A stretch of 63,728 bases of DNA, filler included, from 8 parts of 8 records of this genome joined end to end with filler, not necessarily neighbours in it; one strand, 5' to 3'; positions 20,481-31,491 are shown, numbered from the whole stretch's first letter. The notes: generated by a model not told the origin, from the sequence alone. A program made the numbers and translations.

Positions 20481-22250
20481 ATGAGTAAGCAAATCAAATA
20501 TATATTCTTGTTGATTTTTGCAGCCACCAGCTTCGTTTCGCAGGCGCAAAAAGACACAACAATTACCCGCGAAGTTGAGGTTACCAAAGCCTATAATCCT
20601 ACCATTTCGGATGCCAACAAATTAAATAGCATGCCCGAAATTGATGAAATGGAGCACCAGAAACCAACATTCGATTACAACATAAACAGCAAGCCTGTAT
20701 TTTCGACGTTTTCGGTAACACCATTAAAAGCGGCAACAATCGAATCTTCGCACGAAAAGCAAAAAGGTTATGGTTTGGTTCGCGCCGGGCTAGGCTCGTA
20801 TTTTAAACCATACGGCGAGGTGTTTTTCAACAATGTAAACTCACGCAATTCGGTTATGGGAATTCATGCCATGCACTTGTCGTCGTTTGGCGATATTGAA
20901 CTCGATGGTGGCGACAAAGTAGACGCTCCTTTCATGAACAACGAAGTTGAATTGTTTGTCGACCACATGTTACAAAATTCCATGCTTTCGGTTAATCTCG
21001 ATTTAAAACACAACTCGTTTAATTATTACGGTTACCCGCTAGATGCTGTTCCTGATCTTTTGCTGACAGACGGACAACAAATTAATTATTTTGGCACAGA
21101 ACAGGCATTTACTAGAGGTGGAATTAATATTGGACTAAAAAATCCAACTGCCGATTTAGATGAAAATGCATTCGGTTTTAACTTCGACTACCATTATTTT
21201 GGTGCCAAAACCGAGCAAAAAGAACACTTTGCCAATTTTACTGCCGACGTAAGAAAAGAAATGACAAGCGGAATGGGACTTTTAGAAGCAGGAATTGAAT
21301 TTACCAAAGCCGATCAAATTTATGTTCAGGCAGATTCTGCAACCGGCGATAAATCAACTACAATTCTGTTTGCCAAACCTGCGTGGTTTATTGGCGACGA
21401 GAACGCAAACTTGAAATTGGGATTAAGTGCGTGGTTTATTATGCACAGCGACGATGATACCGAAGCCAAACTTGCTCCAAACATTAAAGCAAATTGGGCG
21501 CCAGTTCCTGAAATGATTAACATTTTCGCGGGAATAGACGGCAACTACGAAAACAATCATTATTCGAAAATAGCTTACGAAAATCCTTTTGTTAATCCGG
21601 ATCACGATGTTGAGAATTCAATGCAAAAAATTCGGTTCTATGGAGGTTTCGATGGTAAATTCTCGAAAAAAACCGCCTTTAAAATTTCTGCTGAATATTC
21701 GATGACAAATGACCAGGCACTTTACTTTTTAAATGAAGCTTATTATTACGATGCTGCATACAATCCAGCGCCGTTGTTAGTTAACAACACGTTCGATGTG
21801 CTTTACGATAATATAGACCAATTGAAAATAAATGCCGAGATTTTCCATGCATCATCCGACAAACTGGATTTATTACTTTCGGCAAACTACTACAGCTACA
21901 AATTAGACGAACAGGAAGAAGCCTGGAACCTGCCAAGCTGGGATGCAAATATTTCCATTGGTTATAAAATAACAGAGCAATTGAGTGTTTCTGCCGATGT
22001 ATTTTTAATTGGAGAAAGAAAGGCTTTAATTATTGAACCAACAGATGCGATATCAAATTTTGGCGACATATACAAAAGCAATAATCTCGACACTGCTTTC
22101 GACCTAAACATAAAAGGCGATTACAAAATAACGAGCCAATTTTCGGTGTTTGCACAGTTAAACAATTTTGGCTTTCAAAAATATCAACGTTGGCTGGGAT
22201 ACCCGGTACAGAGTTTCAACTTTCTGGCCGGTATCAGCTATGCGTTCTAA
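20481..22250 (+). CDS. Outer-membrane beta-barrel protein (TonB-dependent-receptor-like)
   Basis: Signal peptide, beta-rich sequence, C-terminal AGISYAF barrel signal. Confidence 0.8.
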   Translation: MSKQIKYIFLLIFAATSFVSQAQKDTTITREVEVTKAYNPTISDANKLNSMPEIDEMEHQKPTFDYNINSKPVFSTFSVTPLKAATIESSHEKQKGYGLVRAGLGSYFKPYGEVFFNNVNSRNSVMGIHAMHLSSFGDIELDGGDKVDAPFMNNEVELFVDHMLQNSMLSVNLDLKHNSFNYYGYPLDAVPDLLLTDGQQINYFGTEQAFTRGGINIGLKNPTADLDENAFGFNFDYHYFGAKTEQKEHFANFTADVRKEMTSGMGLLEAGIEFTKADQIYVQADSATGDKSTTILFAKPAWFIGDENANLKLGLSAWFIMHSDDDTEAKLAPNIKANWAPVPEMINIFAGIDGNYENNHYSKIAYENPFVNPDHDVENSMQKIRFYGGFDGKFSKKTAFKISAEYSMTNDQALYFLNEAYYYDAAYNPAPLLVNNTFDVLYDNIDQLKINAEIFHASSDKLDLLLSANYYSYKLDEQEEAWNLPSWDANISIGYKITEQLSVSADVFLIGERKALIIEPTDAISNFGDIYKSNNLDTAFDLNIKGDYKITSQFSVFAQLNNFGFQKYQRWLGYPVQSFNFLAGISYAF

Positions 22251-22266
22251 TCAATCAATTCGAAGT

Positions 22267-22295
22267 AAAAGGGAGTCGTTTGGCTCCCTTTTTTT
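22267..22295 (+). terminator. Intrinsic terminator
   Basis: AAAAGGGAGTC-GTTT-GGCTCCCTTTTTTT. Confidence 0.85.
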
Positions 22296-22400
22296 ATGCT
22301 CAAACGGCCCTCCATTTTCCACATAATTTTCAGTTAATATTTTGTTGAAAAAACAACGTCTAAACCATTAGGATTTAGACGGTTTTCTCGTCATTTTTTT

Positions 22401-22408
22401 TACCTTTG
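22401..22408 (+). promoter_or_regulatory. Bacteroidota -7 promoter motif upstream of gyrB
   Basis: TACCTTTG matches TAnnTTTG. Confidence 0.5.
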
Positions 22409-22542
22409 TACGATTGATTTTATGTCACTTCAATTACGACATAAAAGCTTAAAAATCAACTAGTTTCCTTTATGAAAACTGAAGGTGTTTTATAAAAAAG
22501 GAAACTATTTTATTTTGAAGGAATTAAAATAAAGAGACAGAG

Positions 22543-22662
22543 ATGAGCGAAATGGAAAAAAATGATGCACAAACCAGCGGTAACGGAAACTATGGAGCAG
22601 ATAGTATCCAGGTACTCGAAGGTTTGGAAGCGGTAAGAAAACGTCCGTCGATGTATATTGGC
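22543..22662 (+). CDS. gyrB: DNA gyrase subunit B, 5' fragment
   Basis: Manual translation: MSEMEK...[25 protein letters not shown]. Confidence 0.9.
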
Positions 22663-22762
22663 NNNNNNNNNNNNNNNNNNNNNNNNNNNNNNNNNNNNNN
22701 NNNNNNTTAATTAATTAANNNNNNNNNNNNNNNNNNNNNNNNNNNNNNNNNNNNNNNNNNNN
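22663..22762. other. Artificial contig linker
   Basis: N44-TTAATTAATTAA-N44. Confidence 0.99.
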
Positions 22763-23090
22763 CAAGTTCTTTACCCTTGTCTACAGAATAGCGGCATAAC
22801 GAGTACCATTCTTTTGATAAATAGGGTGTAATGAGACCAGGACGTGGATGTATAAATACACCGCCCAAACCACCAGCTTTTAGTTCTTTTAATTGATGAT
22901 CTATTTCCTCTTTCGTAACCAAATCATTCCAAACCCACAATGGCGCACTGCGAAATTCTGCAGGCGGATTCATAAACATCTTTTTTATCTGAGTAAACGA
23001 ACTTGTCTGATTCTCCGTTTTTGCATCTGTAACAAAAATAAAGGAACTCAAAGCAATCAGAAAAATCATACAAAGCCACACTTTTCTCAT
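22763..23090 (-). CDS. GH106-like glycoside hydrolase, 5' fragment
   Basis: ATG 23090 with GGAG SD, signal peptide, FMNPPAEFRSAPLWVWN...GGVFIHPRPGL..YLS.EW. Confidence 0.75.
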
Positions 23091-23136
23091 TCTGTTCTCC
23101 ATAATTAAAATTTCACAAAGCCAACATTTTTGATTT

Positions 23137-25701
23137 TCAATCTTTAAATCGCGCATTAAAACGTTGTTTGACATCATTTTGGTCGGTTCGGGTAAATTGA
23201 ACACAGGCAGCCTCATCCAGTCCATCAATCTTGATACCATTTGTTCGGTCCAAACTTATGTTCCACTGGTCTTTACCATAAATTGTTTGAACAACAACAT
23301 TTGCCTGATTTAAAGATGATTTACCTAATTTAACATAGTCTGCATTTTTATCTTTCGTAAAAGGTCGAATAACGGTAGCAATCAGAACCGGCAAAGTAGC
23401 CTTGCCTTTGACAATCGCAGTTGGCGCGGCAGTCCTCTCTCCGGAGTGGTGAGAAATCCATCCCTGCTCAGGGTTTTCCTGACCTTCAACAACCTCTATT
23501 TGAACAGGTACTGATGCGGTTGATACCAGTTTTATATTTTTCCCATCGTCATAGAGCGTCCGGACCGAATTTTTTATTTTATTCACACGTAGCTGACAAG
23601 GGGTAAAATGAATAAGTGTTTCAAATTCATGCTTACCATCCCCGGTTAAATAATCAAGAACAAGCCAGTATTCGTTCTTTTTAAACAGTACATACCGGGA
23701 GTGAGTCACTGGTATACGCTCTGATCCATAGCCGTCACTATAGGAGCCGCTGGCAAAATCGAGGTTATCATCAGAATACCAGCTATTTTTCAGTGGCGCC
23801 TCAACACGATGGGTTTTGTTATCCGGGATGCGCAATTGTCCCTGTCCATCGATTAAAATAGTGTTGTGCGCGCGGGTGCTTAGAAAATAGTTACGCCACT
23901 TATCCGGTATATACAGACCTTTTCCACCATCTGTGATAAAATCACGTCCAAACGCAGACACATCGATATTTAGCTTGTCTTCATGCTGGTGGCTAACGCC
24001 AGCCGGACCGGCATCAAAAAACAGGTGCCATGCATCCGAACTCCAGTCACTGCGCATGACACTATGGCCACCCCAGGGAAACTGAATAGACGTTTGTTCC
24101 GGTTGTTGACCAGAGACTCCATCTGTCGCTATATATTTCATATCATGACGCTCAAACAAATCCGCACCGATATTCATCCAGTTGGTGATATCATTGCGGT
24201 GCGCATCATTTGTAGGTGGCACCTGACGCGCTGGTGTGCTGACATACATGATATACTCGAACATTTTTTCTAATGTATCTTTGAATTTAGGTGGAACGGG
24301 TGTTGCCGTTTTTTGTGCCATATCATAGGCCTGATAAAAACTGTGCATGCAAGCTAGGTGATAACCGGTGGCCAGTTCGTGTTGCATACCGTCCGGATAA
24401 ACCTGTTTGTCCAACTGGTTTGATAAACGCTGCAATCCTGTCTGTGCCCATGTTTCTGCATCCTGGAATTCCGGAAAATTCATACCCACGCTTGCCAAAC
24501 CATTGGATCCGATGATCACCCAATTATTCACAAATCTCATTCCGGAAGGAAATCGTTTTATATGTTCGGCATGGCTCCACATAGATGCCAGCATGAGCTG
24601 AACTGCCTGTGTCTGAAAGGATGAAGAGGCCATAAAGCCGAAAAATGTCTGCGGCCATGTATTAGACATACGAATACCTGCCTCAAGGTTTCGCCAGCTG
24701 GGGACACGCGTCAAACGGAATGATGGCGCCGGATTACGAACAGTCCAGTCAATGACTTCTGTGTTATACTCCAAAGCATAGTCTTCATTCTCTGTTTTCA
24801 AATAACCGTTCAAAAGCGTGACCCAATGACCCATCCGGTTTAATCCCCAGATCCATTCGTTACTGTTGGTTGGATTATTGCGAAAATCGACACGCTCGCC
24901 CATGTATATAGTGCTGTCACGATAAGCAAATTCATGTCGCAATACTTTTTCAGAAGCCTCATCGATCGTGTTTTCCCTTTTGGGATCTTGTGTTGGCCAG
25001 ACGGGGTGGGCTTTGCGGCGAAAATATTCCGCCAGTTCGTGCGCTGCCAGTAAGATTTTCTTTTCCTCATATGCCTTTTTTACAGTCTCCAGGCCGGGAT
25101 AATCCAGATTCAGCATGCCTTCAAAAAAGTGCTTTTGAAAATGTTCCTGATTGAGCACAAAAAGTGCCGGGCTCTTGACGGTATAAAAAACGGTCCGGTC
25201 CAGCGTTTCAGGAATAGCTATTGTTTTATCGGACAGCAAACGGCCTTTGAGATCAAAAACGAACTCTCTTGTCTGCCCTTCTGCCGTGTAATTCTTGGCT
25301 AGCAAGTGCGGTTCCGGAGCTTTGACATAAATAAGTTGGGAAACATGATAGGCTTCATATTCGGGTTCGTTTTCCTGCTGCGCCCAGCCATATCGTTCCA
25401 GGCCCTGGTGCCAGGCTTGAAGCTGTGCTGAATTTTGTTCGGGGAGATTTATTGTCTTTAAAATGGTTTTGATGGTTTTATTGCGAACATCGACAGGTTG
25501 AGGATTATCAGGGATTTCCCTTGTCAATCGTGTTGCCTGGTCTCCGGAAATAATTCGCGTCCACTGGTGTTCATAAAGAATATCGGCAGCGTTGGCGACT
25601 TTAGAGAAAGCACTAAATATCACTATTATAAATAAGGGAATACATAATATTTTCTTATTGATTGAAGCGAATATTTTCCTTTGATTCTTTGTCCAATTCA
25701 T
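23137..25701 (-). CDS. Heparinase II/III-family polysaccharide lyase
   Basis: Signal peptide, WRNLEAGIR, DGMQHELATGYH, MRSDW, HQHEDKL, AHNTILIDG. Confidence 0.88.
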   Translation of the reverse strand: MNWTKNQRKIFASINKKILCIPLFIIVIFSAFSKVANAADILYEHQWTRIISGDQATRLTREIPDNPQPVDVRNKTIKTILKTINLPEQNSAQLQAWHQGLERYGWAQQENEPEYEAYHVSQLIYVKAPEPHLLAKNYTAEGQTREFVFDLKGRLLSDKTIAIPETLDRTVFYTVKSPALFVLNQEHFQKHFFEGMLNLDYPGLETVKKAYEEKKILLAAHELAEYFRRKAHPVWPTQDPKRENTIDEASEKVLRHEFAYRDSTIYMGERVDFRNNPTNSNEWIWGLNRMGHWVTLLNGYLKTENEDYALEYNTEVIDWTVRNPAPSFRLTRVPSWRNLEAGIRMSNTWPQTFFGFMASSSFQTQAVQLMLASMWSHAEHIKRFPSGMRFVNNWVIIGSNGLASVGMNFPEFQDAETWAQTGLQRLSNQLDKQVYPDGMQHELATGYHLACMHSFYQAYDMAQKTATPVPPKFKDTLEKMFEYIMYVSTPARQVPPTNDAHRNDITNWMNIGADLFERHDMKYIATDGVSGQQPEQTSIQFPWGGHSVMRSDWSSDAWHLFFDAGPAGVSHQHEDKLNIDVSAFGRDFITDGGKGLYIPDKWRNYFLSTRAHNTILIDGQGQLRIPDNKTHRVEAPLKNSWYSDDNLDFASGSYSDGYGSERIPVTHSRYVLFKKNEYWLVLDYLTGDGKHEFETLIHFTPCQLRVNKIKNSVRTLYDDGKNIKLVSTASVPVQIEVVEGQENPEQGWISHHSGERTAAPTAIVKGKATLPVLIATVIRPFTKDKNADYVKLGKSSLNQANVVVQTIYGKDQWNISLDRTNGIKIDGLDEAACVQFTRTDQNDVKQRFNARFKD

Positions 25702-25844
25702 TTGAATATTTCCTGATTGTTAATTGTAAAGTTGTCTATTGTTTGTATTATTAACTCTCAGCATGATTCCCTTGCTGTGCTCACTTATAGGATTATTTTG
25801 TTACATCGCACTTTTTACTTTCTTCCTCATCAACCGCCCCCCAG

Positions 25845-25956
25845 GTCAGCCCGAGCGGAGGCGATGGATAACTGTATAAAAGAACGGCCGCCGTCATTAT
25901 CCGGCTATCATAAAGATATTTAGGGGCCCCAATGCTTCGACTCCGCTCAGCATGAC
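25845..25956. repeat. Degenerate inverted pair of REP-like units
   Basis: GTCAGCCCGAGCGGAGGCGATGG (25845-25867) versus GCTTCGACTCCGCTCAGCATGAC (25934-25956). Confidence 0.5.
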
Positions 25957-26035
25957 TCCTCTATCTAATCCACCTATGTGATTCTTTTCTCAACCCAACC
26001 ATGCTTCCGTTATCAATCCTAATATAGCCCACAGC

Positions 26036-27460
26036 TTACGCCATCTCATCAACCGTCTCAAAGCCCATCAGCTTGCCCAGCTGTGCAATATCCTGTCGCC
26101 AATCGCCATAAAAAATGATCCGGTGTAGGCCGCCTTCATAATTATCCAGCATTTTTTGCACGTTCGATACTTTTGTTATAATCTTTGTCCGACAGGCGCG
26201 GGGCTCATCCGAGTTACCGGTTATGGTGCCGGCTGAAACAAGCATTTTTTCACTGGGAACAAACTTGGCAGCTGTTATGGCCTGTCCGACGCGCATTTTC
26301 ACCTGCAGGGACGCGCCTTTTTCATCTTCCGCATGTGTTCTGATATAATGGGGTTCCGGTTTGCTATTGACACCACCCATTTTGGTTGCAGCCAGACAAT
26401 GAGCGTGGATAATGGTATTGTTGCCTGTATCCAGCACAGGATCGGAAACATAGCCGGGACGATCGGCTATAAAACCAACGATCATTTGTGTTAATGTTGC
26501 CGGCAGGTCCGCTTCACAGACACCGGTTAAACCTTCATCATTGAGCTGTACAAAGCCAAGACATGGATAAGCACTCAGTTTTTTGCCGTAGAATCCACCA
26601 AGACAATCCACTGTTACCGCATTGGCTTTTCGTTCTTTAATTAAATCTTTAAATGCCAGATAGACCTTGGCGGACTTTACAATTTCTGCTTCAGGAGGTT
26701 CGACAACCTTATCCGCATTGTTAATCCAGCGTCTGGCGATGTCCTGCGCTTTGGTATCAGACATTTTTTTCCAGCGACTCTCAAGTATATCCAGACTGAC
26801 GGTTTCGATTGTCACACCAGTATTGTCCTTAACATTTGTGATAAACTTCTCGTCCGGCTGCCGATCCCGGAAATGCAGAATTTTCGAGTATCTGAGCTCA
26901 TCCATAACCGCAAAAAGTTTCAGAGTCCGTTCGACCTCAGCCACATCGGTTGTTGATAGAGAAATTACTTTATAGTTATTATCTTTAGCCCATTTTTGCC
27001 GACCGAGAAAGGAGCAGTCGCCTCCAAAGAGATCGTTCCAGATGATTACGGGTTTGCCACTGGTAATAATTTCCCGAACACCGGGACCGGGAGAGGAAAG
27101 CATAACCAGAAGAATGCCCACCTCATCCTGCTTCATGGCGGAGAGAATCTTTTCAGCCTGTTCATTTTTCGCAACAAAGTCCCATCCGGTAAAGTTGATA
27201 TTGTTCATTCGCTGCAAGTGACGTCTAAATTGCAAAGAACGCTGCTGACCATCAAGGTCACTATTGGGCCAACCCTGAACACCTTTTTCCTTACAACTAA
27301 AAACAACCCGGACAGTGGGCTTTTTCACCATATTCCAGCTGATGGGCTCAATTCCCACAGAACCTGTCTGAGTCTTACCGGAACCAGTTGAAAGTAAAGA
27401 CACAGCGCCAATTCCGGCACCGGCATTTTTAAAAAATTCCCGTCTTGATGAACCAGCCAT
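26036..27460 (-). CDS. L-fucose-isomerase-like protein with a Tat signal
   Basis: SRREFFK twin-arginine motif; AVTVDCL, YPCLGF, VCEADL, AHC, CRTK, GLHRIIFYGD. Confidence 0.75.
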   Translation of the reverse strand: MAGSSRREFFKNAGAGIGAVSLLSTGSGKTQTGSVGIEPISWNMVKKPTVRVVFSCKEKGVQGWPNSDLDGQQRSLQFRRHLQRMNNINFTGWDFVAKNEQAEKILSAMKQDEVGILLVMLSSPGPGVREIITSGKPVIIWNDLFGGDCSFLGRQKWAKDNNYKVISLSTTDVAEVERTLKLFAVMDELRYSKILHFRDRQPDEKFITNVKDNTGVTIETVSLDILESRWKKMSDTKAQDIARRWINNADKVVEPPEAEIVKSAKVYLAFKDLIKERKANAVTVDCLGGFYGKKLSAYPCLGFVQLNDEGLTGVCEADLPATLTQMIVGFIADRPGYVSDPVLDTGNNTIIHAHCLAATKMGGVNSKPEPHYIRTHAEDEKGASLQVKMRVGQAITAAKFVPSEKMLVSAGTITGNSDEPRACRTKIITKVSNVQKMLDNYEGGLHRIIFYGDWRQDIAQLGKLMGFETVDEMA

Positions 27461-27613
27461 TTTGGACCTCCCTTTTTTCAAGCATCTGATAAATACACAA
27501 TATTTAGAAAAATATCATTATTTAAAAAAATGACCAAAAAGTAAAGTTGCATTTAAGCCAAACGAATTTATAGTGCCAACTAAAGCGACATAAAAAAATG
27601 GTACGAACGCATC

Positions 27614-28534
27614 TTAAAGATTCGTTAATATCCTTTCCAATCCTTTCCAGGAAGCACGGGTGCCGTCTTCTTTTGTACCTCCTTCCGGTTTGTAATGGGT
27701 TTCCAGAGATAAAAATCCCTGATAGCCGTCTTTTTTCAGAGCCCGGCATATGCCAGTTATATCCAGTTGTCCGTCTCCTATAGCTGCCCATTTACCTTTG
27801 CCATCTCTTTCCATTACCACATCTTTTAAATGGACATGTTTAATCCTATTTTTCGGCATTCGCGCATATCCTTCAGGAAAAGGAAAACCACCGCAGCGCA
27901 AATCATTGCCCGGATCCCAGAGCCAGCCAAACGCGGGGGACGTGATATCGTTAAATAGTGGCAGGGTTTCTTCTGCCGTACAAAAATTGGTGCCACCCAC
28001 ATTTTCAAATACCAACTGACAGCCATTCTCTGCAGCAATCTTTACGCATTGTGAAAGATAGTTCAAAATCCGTGTATAATCTGCCTGCAGGTCTGGGACA
28101 GGTTTAAAACCAAAGACGCGTATCATCCTGACATCGAGATCGCGTGCAACGCGAATCAGATTCAACAGTTTCCCTTTTTCCTCTTGCCACATTTCCTTGT
28201 CCTCACCGGCAGGTGGCAATGTACATTTTAACAGTGGCGATGCCAGTGCTATAGGGGTCATATTATGTTTTTGCAGTGAAGCCTTGACTTTTGCGGTCAA
28301 CTCTGTACTCCAATTCGCGACATTTTCTTTCCAGGCGCCACGGAGTTCGGCGTGTTTCATGCCAAACTCTTTCATAACATCCAGAGCATGATCCAGATCC
28401 GGACTGATTTCGTCGGTGATGGCCGTACATTTGAAAGGAAGTTCTGATTTCGAACAATTCATCAAAGGAAACATGGCTGCAGTGCCTGCTGCGATTGTCG
28501 TATTTAAAAATTCTCTGCGGGTTAGGTTTCTCAT
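27614..28534 (-). CDS. Sugar-phosphate isomerase/epimerase (AP_endonuc_2 TIM barrel) with a Tat signal
   Basis: TRREFLN; ITDEIS, FEN, WDPGN, HVHLKD, SLETH. Confidence 0.85.
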   Translation of the reverse strand: MRNLTRREFLNTTIAAGTAAMFPLMNCSKSELPFKCTAITDEISPDLDHALDVMKEFGMKHAELRGAWKENVANWSTELTAKVKASLQKHNMTPIALASPLLKCTLPPAGEDKEMWQEEKGKLLNLIRVARDLDVRMIRVFGFKPVPDLQADYTRILNYLSQCVKIAAENGCQLVFENVGGTNFCTAEETLPLFNDITSPAFGWLWDPGNDLRCGGFPFPEGYARMPKNRIKHVHLKDVVMERDGKGKWAAIGDGQLDITGICRALKKDGYQGFLSLETHYKPEGGTKEDGTRASWKGLERILTNL

Positions 28535-28984
28535 CTTTTCGCTCTTTCGTATTTATTTTGTGGATCAAATCATATTAATTTAATAGCAACTGAAAGATAA
28601 AACGGAAAACACCTGAATTCTTTTAGCAACGTGACAAATTGTCTAGTTTTTACAATCTCATCAGATTGAATTCTCAGGTAACCTGCATAAGAGTTGATCA
28701 ATTCGGATAGCTTTTAATACCAGATGATAAATACCGTTTATCATTTTGGGGGACATGTTGTAAATATTATATTAAATATCCTCCTTACAAGCAAGATAAT
28801 ATGATAAAAAAGGAATTTTTCTCAACTTGAATTGTCCTGAATTTTCCGATTTGTTATTAATGATTTTATTTGCAATTCGTGAATACTTTATTTATAATGA
28901 CATAGAGTTCCATCCCATAGTCGTGCAGCTTTTATTTACATAATTGATTCCTTTATAACCTAATCTAACCAAACCGGGGTTCTT

Positions 28985-31312
28985 ATGCACAAATGTTTTA
29001 AATGTTCTGCCACGCTTATTCTTATCGTACTTTTGCAGATTATCGTTTCATGCCATCAAAAACCATCGTTTGGTCAGCTTCAAGCATCAAAACATGACCT
29101 GGTTTTTCAAAACCTGGCAGAAACCTGGGACGAAGCCATCCCGCTTGGTAACGGCGCTGTCGGTGCTTTGATATGGCAAAAGGATAACAAACTTCGATTT
29201 TCATTGGACAGGGCTGACTTGTGGGATTTACGTCCTGTTAAAGAATTTTCAGGCGATAAATATCGATTATCATGGGTGTATGATCAGGTTATGAAAGGGG
29301 ATTATAAACCTGTCCAGGAAATGTCTGACCTTCCTTATGAACGAGATCCGGGGCCAACCAAAATACCAGCCGGAGCATTGGAATTCGATCTATCGCCATT
29401 TGGAGAGATAGAATCCGTACAGCTCTATTTGAATTCGGCTATCTGTCAGGTTATATGGAAAAACGGAACAAGATTACGCACCTTTGTGCATGCTACCAAA
29501 CCCATCGGATGGTACATTTTTGATTTTTTACCATCTCAACTAACACCTCAAATTATTCCCCCTCCATACGGTAAAATAGAAGTAACACCCGGTGCAAAGG
29601 CCACTTCTGTGAGTGGACATGATTTACGCCGTCTGGGGTATGAAAAGGGTCAGCTTTCTTCAAAAGCCTCCAAAGCGAACTATTTTCAGATGGGATGGGG
29701 TGGATTCAGTTATGATATTTCCGTAGAGTGGTATCAACCTGATGAGACAAGCCTTGCCGGGGTGTGGAGTGTCACGTCACAAAACGACACCCAGGCACAC
29801 AAAGCACAAGATGAGGTGGCTGAGGCACTGAAACGTGGTTATTCTGAGGATTTTCAGAGTCATCATTTATGGTGGCAGGATTACTGGCAGCAATCCTCTA
29901 TTCAACTGCCGGATTCTCTATTAGAAATTCAATGGTACCGGGAAATGTACAAGCAAGGCTCTGCCTCCAGAAAGGGTGCACCGCCCATTTCATTGCAGGC
30001 TGTCTGGACAGCGGATAATGGCCGGATCCCACCGTGGAAAGGCGATTTTCATCATGACCTCAACACCCAGTTAAGTTACTGGCCATGTTACAGTAGCAAC
30101 CATCTGGAAGAGGGTTTGGTGTTCCTGGATTGGCTGGACAAAATCAGACCAGCCGCGCAAAAATATACTAAAGATTTTTTCAACTCGGATGGATTAAATG
30201 TTCCCGGTGTTTCAACATTAACCGGTGAGCCAATGGGTGGCTGGATGCAATACTCCTTTTCTCCCACAGTATCTGCCTGGCTGGCGCAGCATTTTTACCT
30301 GCACTGGCGTTACAGTATGGACAGAACCTTTCTCAAAGAAAAAGCCTATCCATGGATTAAAGATGTTGCCAACTATCTGGATGATGTATCAGTTCGGGAT
30401 CGGCATGGAAAACGAAAATTGCCGCTTAGTTCCAGTCCTGAAATCAATGACAATCGTATAACCGCCTGGTTCACAGAAACCACCAATTACGATCTCGCTC
30501 TGATTCGCTGGTTATACGAGGTAGCAGCCGAACTGGCAGAAGAGCTTGAACTAACCACTGAAGCGGGAAAATGGCATACCATTTTATCTGAATGGCCGGA
30601 ACTGGCCAAATCAGATGAAGACGGGCGCCTTCTTGTCGCGCCAAAAGTGCCTCTGCATGAATCTCATCGCCATTTTTCCCACTTGATGGCGATTCATCCA
30701 TTGGGAATCATCGATTGGGAAAACGGATTACAGGACAGGCAAACCATTCAGGCTGCTCTGTCTGAACTTGAACGATTAGGCACAAAATACTGGGTCGGTT
30801 ATTCTTTCAGCTGGCTTGGAAATATCGCTGCGCGAGCCAGAGATGGCGAACGTGCGGCTGAGGCCTTATCAACCTTTTCCAGAGCCTTTTGTTTGCCCAA
30901 CAGTTTTCATGTGAACGGAGATCAGACAAAATCGGGATTCTCCAACTTTACGTATCGGCCATTCACATTGGAGGGTAATTTTGCCTTTGCTTCCGGTATT
31001 CAGGAAATGCTGATTCAGAGTCATACAGGCGTTATACGAATTTTTCCGGCGGTACCTGATAGTTGGAAAAACATACGTTTTGAAAAATTACGGGCCGAAG
31101 GCGCTTTTCTGATTTCGGCAGATAAAACGGACGGTGAGGTGAGCCGTGTTGCTATTACCTCTGAGAAAGGCGGATTATTAAAGCTGGCCAATCCATTTGG
31201 TGCAAATAAATTTGACATCTCTGGTGTTGATATATCAGATGATTTATTAAGTAACGATATTATCAGTATCAGGACAAAGCCCGGAAGCAACATTATATTA
31301 CAGAAACGATAA
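28985..31312 (+). CDS. GH95-like glycoside hydrolase (lipoprotein)
   Basis: WDEAIPLGNG, WKGDFHHDLNTQLSYW, SSSPE, HRHFSHL, FTLEGNF, EMLIQS. Confidence 0.85.
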   Translation: MHKCFKCSATLILIVLLQIIVSCHQKPSFGQLQASKHDLVFQNLAETWDEAIPLGNGAVGALIWQKDNKLRFSLDRADLWDLRPVKEFSGDKYRLSWVYDQVMKGDYKPVQEMSDLPYERDPGPTKIPAGALEFDLSPFGEIESVQLYLNSAICQVIWKNGTRLRTFVHATKPIGWYIFDFLPSQLTPQIIPPPYGKIEVTPGAKATSVSGHDLRRLGYEKGQLSSKASKANYFQMGWGGFSYDISVEWYQPDETSLAGVWSVTSQNDTQAHKAQDEVAEALKRGYSEDFQSHHLWWQDYWQQSSIQLPDSLLEIQWYREMYKQGSASRKGAPPISLQAVWTADNGRIPPWKGDFHHDLNTQLSYWPCYSSNHLEEGLVFLDWLDKIRPAAQKYTKDFFNSDGLNVPGVSTLTGEPMGGWMQYSFSPTVSAWLAQHFYLHWRYSMDRTFLKEKAYPWIKDVANYLDDVSVRDRHGKRKLPLSSSPEINDNRITAWFTETTNYDLALIRWLYEVAAELAEELELTTEAGKWHTILSEWPELAKSDEDGRLLVAPKVPLHESHRHFSHLMAIHPLGIIDWENGLQDRQTIQAALSELERLGTKYWVGYSFSWLGNIAARARDGERAAEALSTFSRAFCLPNSFHVNGDQTKSGFSNFTYRPFTLEGNFAFASGIQEMLIQSHTGVIRIFPAVPDSWKNIRFEKLRAEGAFLISADKTDGEVSRVAITSEKGGLLKLANPFGANKFDISGVDISDDLLSNDIISIRTKPGSNIILQKR

Positions 31313-31359
31313 GAATGAAACGCTTGAAGGGTTAGCACAGTAATTTTATAAAAATGAGA

Positions 31360-31459
31360 NNNNNNNNNNNNNNNNNNNNNNNNNNNNNNNNNNNNNNNNN
31401 NNNTTAATTAATTAANNNNNNNNNNNNNNNNNNNNNNNNNNNNNNNNNNNNNNNNNNNN
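31360..31459. other. Artificial contig linker
   Basis: N44-TTAATTAATTAA-N44. Confidence 0.99.
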
Positions 31460-31491
31460 AAAAAGAAGTAAAACCAACTGATCCTTAGCAT

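Noticed and set aside
22707..23240. 177-aa ORF as given in the track
   Set aside because: It extends into Ns and overlaps the lyase gene; the real start is ATG 23090, with SD and signal peptide.
7505..27460. Two fucose-isomerase-like genes as parts of one system
   Set aside because: They lie on different contigs from different organisms.
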